Of a stretch of DNA of 32,007 bases, positions 24,561-32,007 are shown piece by piece (the first letter of the stretch is position 1; every line of letters begins with the position of its first letter). The position numbers and the translations under genes are program-made. The stretch lies in IMG/VR virus record IMGVR_UViG_3300011339_001074, positions 1 to 32,007 of that record, one strand, 5' to 3'. The stretch is from a virus (taxonomy: Duplodnaviria; Caudoviricetes). The notes beneath the pieces are model-generated. The model searched no databases, was not told the origin of the DNA, and saw only the letters and a list, made by a program, of their open reading frames with translations.

Positions 24561-24874
24561 CCGACCTCGACGCCATCAAGGCACGGGTGCAGGTGCTCCA
24601 GCGCCACGCTGGCAGCACCGACTACGCTGCGCGAGTCATCGCGGACTGCGCGGCGCTGGTGGCCGAGGTGGAGCGGCTGCGCGACCACCGTGAACTCTGC
24701 ACGGATAACCTACGGAAAGGTTACGAAACGGGCAAATCTGAGGAGCGCGCCGCCGTGGTGGCGTGGCTGCGCGTATGGCAGGGCCATATGGATGACCGCA
24801 TCACGCACGACGACGCGGACTACGCGATCCGCGTCATTGAGCGCGGCGAGCACCGCCGCGAGGAGGAAAAATGA
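24557..24874 (+). CDS. Small protein, ERxxVVAWL family, copy 4 (105 aa)
   Basis: ALVAEVERLR coiled segment, then ERAAVVAWLR...IERGEH. Confidence 0.7.
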   Translation: MTDLDAIKARVQVLQRHAGSTDYAARVIADCAALVAEVERLRDHRELCTDNLRKGYETGKSEERAAVVAWLRVWQGHMDDRITHDDADYAIRVIERGEHRREEEK

Positions 24875-25293
24875 TCAAGCCATACCGCCCTCGCTTGCCT
24901 GAGGTGATCGCCTTGATCGAAGCCATGCCGGGAACGGACCGTGAGCTCCAGCCCCACACGGGCCACGATCTACTCTGGACCCAGCAGAAACTGAGCGCGC
25001 TTCTGAACCGCGGCGTGGTCACCCGCCGACATGACGTGTACTCAAAGGTCGCGGACTATGAACCGTCCACCACGCTCAAAATCCTTGACGCGCTTCAAAC
25101 CTTTGGGGCGTTGACTCGGAAAGACTTTGCGGCGCTTGGAGTTGCAGATCGCACAACTTGTGGCATTCTGGCACAGCTTGAACGCAAGGGCCGCGTTGAA
25201 GTAGATTCAACGGTTAGGCCATTCCGGTACTTGTTGCCGGAGCGGCGGGATTCGCAAGGACTGGAAACGCTTGCGGCATACGCCAGCCGGTAG
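24871..25293 (+). CDS. Putative winged-helix DNA-binding protein (140 aa), possible late regulator
   Basis: ILDALQTFGALTRKDFAALGVADRTTCGILAQLERKGRV..RPFRY is wHTH-like; a second wHTH-like half may sit N-terminally; last gene of the operon. Confidence 0.55.
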   Translation: MIKPYRPRLPEVIALIEAMPGTDRELQPHTGHDLLWTQQKLSALLNRGVVTRRHDVYSKVADYEPSTTLKILDALQTFGALTRKDFAALGVADRTTCGILAQLERKGRVEVDSTVRPFRYLLPERRDSQGLETLAAYASR

Positions 25294-25740
25294 TCAGCCC
25301 ACCCACTGGTGGTAGGACTGACCGTCAAATGTGAGCGCCTGTTGGCACTGGGAGCCGAGCCGCCATGGAGCACCGAGAGAGAGGTGGATCCATGTCGGCT
25401 CGCCCGCGGTGTGGCCCTCGAGGATCACTTGTCCGTACCGCAGCCCGGATTCGGTGACAATCCACTTCATGACCACCTCGAGCGCGGCGCCGGGACAGTG
25501 GAAGTCCGCGGCCTCGCCTTTCATGTGCTGGCTGCTCTTGGAGCCACCTATGGCTTCGTTTACGGCCTTGGAGCGGTACCCGCTGTGGATTGAGACCGGA
25601 CCGAACTTGGTGCGGATCGGCTCAAGCAGCGAGGTGGCCAGCGCCACCAGCGCCTTGGTCTCCGCGGCGTTGGGGACGTTGGGCTGGCCGGAGCTCGTGC
25701 GCGTGAGCTCCGCCAACGTGAAGTGAGGGGACAGGTTCAC
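25294..25740 (-). CDS. Endolysin, peptidase M15A-like Zn metallopeptidase
   Basis: LSPHFTLAEL, SGYRS..VN..IGG...SQHMKGEAADF, WIHLS. Confidence 0.88.
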   Translation of the reverse strand: MNLSPHFTLAELTRTSSGQPNVPNAAETKALVALATSLLEPIRTKFGPVSIHSGYRSKAVNEAIGGSKSSQHMKGEAADFHCPGAALEVVMKWIVTESGLRYGQVILEGHTAGEPTWIHLSLGAPWRLGSQCQQALTFDGQSYHQWVG

Positions 25741-25907
25741 TTGTTGCCGACCATCTTCAGCAGCTGATCAGCGAGCTTGTACGCGTCCTGAGCGATCGCT
25801 TTGCCCTCCTCGGCGGTGATCTTCCGGCCACCGGGAGAGCGCGGACCTATGGCTTTGGCAAGGTCGTGGATCAAGTTGATGATCGAGGGGGTCAGATGCA
25901 TGTCCAT
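25737..25907 (-). CDS. Small lysis-cassette protein (56 aa), not in the ORF track
   Basis: GGAG RBS; MDMHLTPSIINLIHDLAKAIGPRSPGGRKITAEEGKAIAQDAYKLADQLLKMVGNK*; TGA overlaps the endolysin GTG. Confidence 0.65.
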   Translation of the reverse strand: MDMHLTPSIINLIHDLAKAIGPRSPGGRKITAEEGKAIAQDAYKLADQLLKMVGNK

Positions 25908-25909
25908 CG

Positions 25910-26245
25910 TTACTCCAGTGGTGCGTGTTCAGCGTCCGCGGGATCGGGCACGTAGGGCGCCGGCTCCGCTTCAGCAGGTGTAGCCGGTGCGGCGTTGACG
26001 TCGACGGAGACCACGGACTGGTCCGGCGAGGTCGTGACGTCGACGCCCGGAGCGCGGAGCTTGACTCCGATCCCAGACAGAGCGAGGACGATCACCGCCG
26101 CGGTGAGAGCGATCCCGCGGAGCTCCCAACGGAGACCGGTCAACTGACGTTCAAAAGCTTTGGTCAGCTCCGAGCGTTCTGCGCTCGCCAACTTGGCCTG
26201 AGCTTCGAGCATGAGAAAAAGACGGTCAATGGTCGAGTCAGGCAT
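25910..26245 (-). CDS. Single-TM membrane protein, possible holin/lysis accessory (111 aa)
   Basis: GIALTAAVIVLALSGIGV hydrophobic segment after a coiled region; located in the lysis cassette. Confidence 0.55.
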   Translation of the reverse strand: MPDSTIDRLFLMLEAQAKLASAERSELTKAFERQLTGLRWELRGIALTAAVIVLALSGIGVKLRAPGVDVTTSPDQSVVSVDVNAAPATPAEAEPAPYVPDPADAEHAPLE

Positions 26246-26289
26246 GAGATCTTACTCCAAGCGGGACGATAACACAACGCGCCTCAGTG

Positions 26290-28128
26290 TCATGTGTCAC
26301 GCAAGGGATCCGCGATGAACAGCAGCCGCACGCCGTCCAAACCGGTGCTGTCAATCTCGAGCTGCTCCACCAGCGCCACGCGCTTCACAAGCGACAGCTG
26401 CGGGTCCGAGACCGTGACCACTTGTCCGAGCTCGAGACCGTAGGACCGCGGAACCGTGTACGTCGCCCTCATCCGGGGCTGGCTGAACGCTCGGATCTTG
26501 TCCGCGAGGACACGTCCAGCCGTGGCGCTGTCGTAGATATTGGCGCTCGTGTATGCTCGGTTCTGAACCCTGAACACCGCCTGGGAGATTCGGCTGTACG
26601 CGTCCTGGCTTGGATCGTACGTGGTGGCGCCGGTGTCCACGGTGGAGCTCACCACGGGCTGGTCATTTGGGCGCCCGCCTCGCCAGATGGTCGACGTGTA
26701 TTTGCTGTGCTGGACGTCGTACTGGTACTGGAGTGAGCACTGGTTCACCACGTCCGAGTCAAAGTCAACGTCACCGACAAGCCGGATCGCGGAGTCCGTC
26801 GACACGTCCAAGGCCGCGGTGGCGTCCACCGCCGTGGCGTCCTGACGCCAGACCACCACGTACCAGCCGTCCACGCCATAGACGACACTGGCCGGGACGA
26901 ATGGCATGATCGCACTTTCCAGCCACTCGAGCGGCTTCACGCGGGAATCGATCACACAGTCGAACCGGTACAGGCTGAGCGCCTTGGCCGCGGTCAACAT
27001 GCGCCCGTAGTCGACCACCAGCCCGGCGCGCTCGAGCATGTACGTGATGATGTCACCGGCGAGGGGGGACAGACCTACGATTCCGTTTCCGGTGTACGTG
27101 GAGCTCGTGTACTCCCGCCACGCGGCAAACAGGCTCGAGGTGGTAGGCATTGTCACGGGGTTGGACGGAGTGGCCGCAGCCGGGACCACCGTGGACGGCT
27201 GGTACAGCGTGGGGTCCAGATTCGGGTTGAGGTCCGCCACGTTGGGACGCTTTTGCTCACCAAGTCCGTAGTAGTGCCCCGCGTTCTCGGGGTTGGCGTC
27301 CACGCCGTTCTGATTGTCCCCGGTGGAGTCCAGCACGTTCTTTGGCTCCACACCCAGCAGCCAGTCCACGCCTTCCCAGCACATAGCGACGGGCTGACCG
27401 AGGAGGTCAAACGTGTTGTAGATCGGGAACCGGTGGCCGTTGGGGTTGAGGTCCGCGTCCCCGGTCAGCGTCACCCACGTCCCGGTCACGTGGTGGCCAG
27501 CGAGGATCAGCCGGAGATAGTTGAGCGGTCCGCCGGCGCCCTCGCCCTGGTGAATCGCCCACACGCCTTGGGTAGCTGGGACCCACGTGGTGTTCCCCGT
27601 CTTACCCGGCGAGCCAAAGACCGTGGGGTACACCACACCGAGATCGTCCAAGCTCAAAGTCAGGACCGTGTTCTGGCCCACCGTGTCCCCGCTGATCTGT
27701 TGAGTGAGCGGCGGGTACTCCACCACGTACGTGGACTCTGGCAGCTGGATCGAGAACGAGACCGGATCGCCGGCGAACCGCCAACTGGGACCGGTCACGA
27801 TCCCGTTGATCAGAACCGTCCGCTGGCTGTAGTCGGTGCCCTCGAGCCAAACCGAGAGCGTGGCCGGGCTGCGGGCGAGGTGCCAGCCCTCGGCGTACAG
27901 CTGCGCCACGTCGACGGGAAGCACGGCCTGAACCGGTACGGACGCTCCCGCCGGCGCCGCGGCAAGGAACGACATGGCCTGTTGCATGGTCACGTTGTCG
28001 AACCCGGATTCAAACGTGAGCGTGTCCCCCGTCGACGCGTCGGGCACGTCAAAGGACCCGTCTGAGATCCGATAGGTGGAGCTCGCGTATTGAAGCTCCA
28101 GAAGGACGTGGTAGCGCGGTGTGCTCAC
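26290..28128 (-). CDS. Tail tip / baseplate hub-like protein (612 aa)
   Basis: Second gene after the tape measure. C-terminal VNQCSLQY...LELGQVVTVSDPQLSL is typical of phage hub proteins. Confidence 0.6.
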   Translation of the reverse strand: MSTPRYHVLLELQYASSTYRISDGSFDVPDASTGDTLTFESGFDNVTMQQAMSFLAAAPAGASVPVQAVLPVDVAQLYAEGWHLARSPATLSVWLEGTDYSQRTVLINGIVTGPSWRFAGDPVSFSIQLPESTYVVEYPPLTQQISGDTVGQNTVLTLSLDDLGVVYPTVFGSPGKTGNTTWVPATQGVWAIHQGEGAGGPLNYLRLILAGHHVTGTWVTLTGDADLNPNGHRFPIYNTFDLLGQPVAMCWEGVDWLLGVEPKNVLDSTGDNQNGVDANPENAGHYYGLGEQKRPNVADLNPNLDPTLYQPSTVVPAAATPSNPVTMPTTSSLFAAWREYTSSTYTGNGIVGLSPLAGDIITYMLERAGLVVDYGRMLTAAKALSLYRFDCVIDSRVKPLEWLESAIMPFVPASVVYGVDGWYVVVWRQDATAVDATAALDVSTDSAIRLVGDVDFDSDVVNQCSLQYQYDVQHSKYTSTIWRGGRPNDQPVVSSTVDTGATTYDPSQDAYSRISQAVFRVQNRAYTSANIYDSATAGRVLADKIRAFSQPRMRATYTVPRSYGLELGQVVTVSDPQLSLVKRVALVEQLEIDSTGLDGVRLLFIADPLRDT

Positions 28129-31100
28129 AGCTCTTCCTCAATCAACAGGGTACCCATTCGGATCAACTCGCCGGCGCTGCCTGTCCACGCGTTGCCCACC
28201 ACCACGTCCATCTGGAGCGTATCGGACGCGATCCGCCCGTACAGCTGGAGCTCCTTAGCCGTGATCGTGGTCGCGATCCCGGCGCCGGCGGGGATCGGAA
28301 CTTTGGGGAGGTACACCACACAGTTTTCCCCGTCCTGTGCGATCAGCCCGAACATGTCGAACGGCGTGGCGCTCCAGTTGCCAACAACGGTCCCGCCCGT
28401 GTAGCTGGACACGTAGTCCGGACTCGCTTGGTGAAGCGAGGACGTGTCCACGCCATCCACCCAGTCCATAGACTCGGCGCGGCGCACCAGACCCTCTTTG
28501 GTCACGCGGCGCGTTCCGTCCTTGGCCTGTGTGATCTGAAGGTTCGTGGCGATACTGTGCTGTTCCCCGCGGGACGTGCGACGGGCAAACACCATGGCCG
28601 TACCCACGAAGAACTTCCCGATCTCAATGTAGCCGCTGGCTGTGATTGTCGGCGCCACAGTCAGCGTGAACGCGTTGGCCCCCGCGGCCACGTTCCGGAA
28701 CAGCACGGTCACGTCTGGAGACACGATGGAGCCCGCAGAGCCAGACGCCGCCTCGGTGCCGTCGACGTCCTCGAGGACCAACACGGGACGGAGCCCCACG
28801 CTCATCGTTGCCGTAGTCGACCAACGCCCGCCGGTGTTCCGGCTGATCGTCCGGATCTTCCCGCCGCCACCGAACTTGAACGTGGCGCCAGTCAGCGTGT
28901 TTTCGGGCAGGTAGTCCGTCACGTCGTTCCCACCGCTCGGATCGCACTGAATCATGGAGCCGGTCCGGGTGTACTTCAGCCCAGACCCGATCCGAAGGTC
29001 AATGGTGCGCGAGACCGCGCCGGCGATCGGGTCCACGTAGTCAAACGTGGCGGTGTCGAAGTTGCAGTTTCTCAAGCAGACGGCCATGATCCCGCCTTGG
29101 TGTTCGCCCGCCACCACCATGCTCACGCCCGCCGCCTGGTCGAATCGGCCACCAGACGCTGGGCTGGATCGTACCTGCGGGTTGGTGTTCACCGCGGGGT
29201 ACGGGAAGCTCGTGTCAATCTGCCACGTCGCACCGCTCGGGAACAGTCCGATCCCGGCGAGCTTCAGTCCGAGCTCGCCCACGAACGAGGTGGTGGAGAG
29301 CAGCGCCTGACCCAGCAGCCGGGACGTCAAGCCGGGGTTCCCGTCCGTGCCAACCGAGACCGTCCGCACGTAGCCGTCCGAGAGGTTGATCCCGTTCCCG
29401 CCGAACGCAAACGAAGCGCGGTCCGTGGTCACGTTGCCCGGCTGGACAATCGAGAACCCGGACTGGCCGGTGTACCACTCGTCCACGCCCTTCCCAACGC
29501 GCTTGATCGAAGTTGACCCAGCGGACAAGTACGTGACCAGCACGCGAGCCGTGGGGCCGGCGGGGTTGTGCTCATACAGCCATATCCGAAGACTCTGGAC
29601 GTCCGCAGTCTCGGTGTACAGCGTTGTCGGAGTACCCACACCGCCACCGTTCATGTCGGTGACGGTGATCGTGGTCGGGGTGCAACGAACGCGGACATCG
29701 TAGGACCGGGGCGTGGCGTCCCCGATTCGGGCGCGAAGCTCGAAGTAGCCGGAGTCCACACGGATCCCCCGGGCCTCAAGCCGGATCCCACCAGCCAGCG
29801 TACACGCCGGCGCGGAGGTCCAGTTGGCGACGTCCGCGAGCGTGGTGGCGAGGACGCGGAGTCCAAGCCCGGTCATGGTCACGCCGGGAGCGCCGGTGGT
29901 GCTGTACGTCCAGAGCGCGCCGGTGTTCTCGGGCAAGTTGATCGCGGCCCAGTTGGACCGGAACCCACTGGCTTGATTCGGGGTGGGGTCTTTGGTGCCC
30001 GTCTGGGGAAGCGGGTTCAACGTCAACCCACCAAGCGAGAACGTGATCAGCGAGGAGTCCGCCGCGTTGTTCACGCTGGCGTGAGCTTGTGCTACGCCCA
30101 CGATCCGCGAGCCCTGAGCGGTCATGGCGTAGTCGGTGAAGCTAGTCCCCGCGTCCACCGAGCGCCACCACGCAAGACCGGTACCCGGACCCACGCCCGT
30201 CCCAACGGTCGTCCACGTGATCCCGCCGTCCAAGCTCTGGTTCACGTACGCCTCGAGGAGCGCACCGCCCGCGGCGTCATGGTCCGAGCCGAACAGCCAG
30301 AGCGTCCCGGTGTCGTCGCCACACAGCGCGAGCTCGCCAGCGGTGAACCCGCCGCCACCACCCACCGAAGCCCACTCCTGAAGGTTGGTGGTGCTGGTCC
30401 CCAAAGCCGGGACTGCGCCAGCGAACCCGTCGAACGCGTTGGCAGAGCGGCGGACGTAGGGGACAAGCGTGGCGCTGGCTGTGGCTGCGTTGTCCGCGAT
30501 GTAGGCCAGCACGAACCCACCGTTCCAGCCAGCGACGTCCGCGAACCCCGCGTGGTCAATGGTCTGGATGTACTCGAGCGTCCCGCCAAGATCCGAACTG
30601 GCGTACATTCGGACGTCGTTGGCCGCTCCGTTGGCCACCGAGAGCGCGAGCGAGATCTGACCGTTCTGGTACGCGGCGCGCATCTGGTAGGACGTGTACG
30701 CGGTGACGTTGGCGCCCACGTACTGGGCCAGCGAGCGCGGCGCGGTAGTGGAGCTCGTGTCCTCGTCCGCAGCCGAACGCCAGGACAAGATCTCGCCGTT
30801 GGCGTCAATGCCGAACGCTACCCACCCACCGTCAGGCAGCGCCACGACAGCAGCCACGTTTTTGAGTGGCGTGGCAACAACGCCACCAGACGCAGGAGCC
30901 GAGTACATCGGAAGGTCCAGACGTGCCGCCCACGTCCCCGCAAGTGGCCTATGCCACACCGAGATGGACGCTGCGTTGTGGACGGCTACCGCGGTCATGG
31001 CGCCGGACGGGTGGGTACAGATGCTCATTCCGGTCCACTCGGTCGCCGTGGTCGAAAGCGACAGAATGTCCATGCCGGACAGCGAGGTGGGCGGATCTTG

Positions 31101-31436
31101 TCCCGCGGTCGGGAGGAGCAGCGCGGAGAGACCGGGATTCGGCGCGATGGTGATTCGAGGGTTCTCGGTCGTGGAGACCACGGTCACGGTTGGCCCAGCT
31201 CCAGGGACGCCCGTCAGGCTGGCCGTCGACGCTCCGTCCAACGTGCCCGACGCGTACAGGTTGCCATAGGCTGGACCTTGGACGGGGCTCCCGCCCGTCG
31301 ACGTCAACAGCGTCCGGACTGGTGGCGCCCAGGTCCCGCCGGTGGAGAGCGCCACCGTGTTCGTGCTGACCGCGCCCGAGGTTTGGCGCACAATCGCTTG
31401 ATACTGGGCGGGGTTGGTAGGGGTCCTGTCAGACAC
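28125..31436 (-). CDS. Large tail protein with Asp-box motifs (1103 aa)
   Basis: GGAGG RBS before GTG 31436 (MSDRTPTN). SSDLGGTLE and SLDGGITW are Asp-box-like. Thr/Gly/Ser-rich; directly after the tape measure. Confidence 0.7.
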   Translation of the reverse strand: MSDRTPTNPAQYQAIVRQTSGAVSTNTVALSTGGTWAPPVRTLLTSTGGSPVQGPAYGNLYASGTLDGASTASLTGVPGAGPTVTVVSTTENPRITIAPNPGLSALLLPTAGQDPPTSLSGMDILSLSTTATEWTGMSICTHPSGAMTAVAVHNAASISVWHRPLAGTWAARLDLPMYSAPASGGVVATPLKNVAAVVALPDGGWVAFGIDANGEILSWRSAADEDTSSTTAPRSLAQYVGANVTAYTSYQMRAAYQNGQISLALSVANGAANDVRMYASSDLGGTLEYIQTIDHAGFADVAGWNGGFVLAYIADNAATASATLVPYVRRSANAFDGFAGAVPALGTSTTNLQEWASVGGGGGFTAGELALCGDDTGTLWLFGSDHDAAGGALLEAYVNQSLDGGITWTTVGTGVGPGTGLAWWRSVDAGTSFTDYAMTAQGSRIVGVAQAHASVNNAADSSLITFSLGGLTLNPLPQTGTKDPTPNQASGFRSNWAAINLPENTGALWTYSTTGAPGVTMTGLGLRVLATTLADVANWTSAPACTLAGGIRLEARGIRVDSGYFELRARIGDATPRSYDVRVRCTPTTITVTDMNGGGVGTPTTLYTETADVQSLRIWLYEHNPAGPTARVLVTYLSAGSTSIKRVGKGVDEWYTGQSGFSIVQPGNVTTDRASFAFGGNGINLSDGYVRTVSVGTDGNPGLTSRLLGQALLSTTSFVGELGLKLAGIGLFPSGATWQIDTSFPYPAVNTNPQVRSSPASGGRFDQAAGVSMVVAGEHQGGIMAVCLRNCNFDTATFDYVDPIAGAVSRTIDLRIGSGLKYTRTGSMIQCDPSGGNDVTDYLPENTLTGATFKFGGGGKIRTISRNTGGRWSTTATMSVGLRPVLVLEDVDGTEAASGSAGSIVSPDVTVLFRNVAAGANAFTLTVAPTITASGYIEIGKFFVGTAMVFARRTSRGEQHSIATNLQITQAKDGTRRVTKEGLVRRAESMDWVDGVDTSSLHQASPDYVSSYTGGTVVGNWSATPFDMFGLIAQDGENCVVYLPKVPIPAGAGIATTITAKELQLYGRIASDTLQMDVVVGNAWTGSAGELIRMGTLLIEEEL

Positions 31437-32007
31437 TGGAGATCCTCCGATTCTTGCGATGACCATATACCGCGCCGGAGTGGAGCGCCTCGCGGAGCAC
31501 GCCAGCGGACTCCATGGAGCGCTTCAACCCGGCCTCGAACACACGGTGTCCGAGAACAATAGGCGCCGGTCCTGTGGGCTGCTGGGCTTGCATCTGGCCG
31601 TTGTTCATGCGCTCGATCTGACGTGAACCCATAGCAGCCGCGGCGGTTGAGTTGAGCACGGCCTCCTTCTTCAGAATGGTGGCTTGGAGCTCGTCCGGAG
31701 ACTTGCCGCTGTGGAAGCTGGGCTGCTCCGCCGCGATCGCCGCGATCTGAACGCCGCCAGCCACGCCCGCAGCGATAGCCGCCGCAGGTCCGATCACCAG
31801 ACCAGCCGGACCACCGACCTCAAGACCGTCGTTCAGTGCGTTGATCACCGCCATGGCCGTGGTGATCGCCGCCGCCGCGAGCTTGGCCGCCTTCGAGATC
31901 GCGAACGCTTCCTGGGCGTGCTTCTGCTGGTCCGCAATTCGGCGCGTGAGCTCACGTTTCTGGGCTTGGGTGTAGATCTCGTCGCCGGCGATCAACTGGC
32001 CCGTCCA
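31429..32007 (-). CDS. Tape measure protein, 3' part
   Basis: Same reading frame and peptide as bases 250-1. C-terminus QIAAIAAEQPSFHSG..PDELQATILKKEAVLN is typical of tape-measure ends. Confidence 0.8.
   Translation of the reverse strand, partial: WTGQLIAGDEIYTQAQKRELTRRIADQQKHAQEAFAISKAAKLAAAAITTAMAVINALNDGLEVGGPAGLVIGPAAAIAAGVAGGVQIAAIAAEQPSFHSGKSPDELQATILKKEAVLNSTAAAAMGSRQIERMNNGQMQAQQPTGPAPIVLGHRVFEAGLKRSMESAGVLREALHSGAVYGHRKNRRISSV
31758..32007. repeat. Terminal direct repeat, right copy
   Basis: Matches 1-250 with 12 substitutions. Confidence 0.95.

Noticed and set aside
1-32007. tRNA/rRNA genes, stop-codon reassignment, introns or inteins in terL, helicase or primase, and host assignment
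   Set aside because: No cloverleaf or rRNA-like segment noticed by eye (tRNAscan not run). TAA, TAG and TGA all end genes at coupled junctions, and core motifs are normally spaced. Nothing in the sequence fixes the host.

Overview
The window appears to be a complete, circular, GC-rich (roughly two-thirds G+C by eye) tailed-phage genome of about 31,757 bp. Bases 1-250 recur at 31758-32007 with 12 mismatches, and the tape-measure gene runs across that junction. There are three transcription blocks. (1) A minus-strand virion/lysis operon from ~13754: terS, terL, portal, scaffold, major capsid, head/neck genes, tail tube, a tail chaperone with a probable -1 frameshift, tape measure, two large tail proteins and a peptidase M15 endolysin. 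(2) A minus-strand replication operon, 20815 to 14656: XRE HTH, RusA, small ORFs, an SF2 helicase and a Prim-Pol/VirE-type primase-helicase. (3) A plus-strand early operon, 20989-25293: ERF recombinase, SSB-like protein, pentapeptide-repeat protein, Gp157-like protein and a family of small modular ORFs. I recognise no integrase, CI-type repressor, DNA polymerase, reverse transcriptase or Cas gene. The most unusual elements are these. (a) A phased 11-bp/55-bp repeat array beside the likely origin, directly upstream of a lone ribbon-helix-helix gene ending in an SSB-like acidic 'PF' tail: a candidate one-protein maintenance/partition system. (b) The helicase gene is bracketed by a synonymous-diverged duplicate of the primase's first 15 codons and has a four-hairpin leader whose terminator loop is complementary to a start-codon motif shared by three genes. 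(c) A degenerate RNase H-like domain on the helicase. (d) A two-repeat switchable leader before the capsid gene. (e) Four cassette-like ORFs sharing ERxxVVAWL...IERGxH. All product calls come from motif recognition by eye and gene order; no database search was run.
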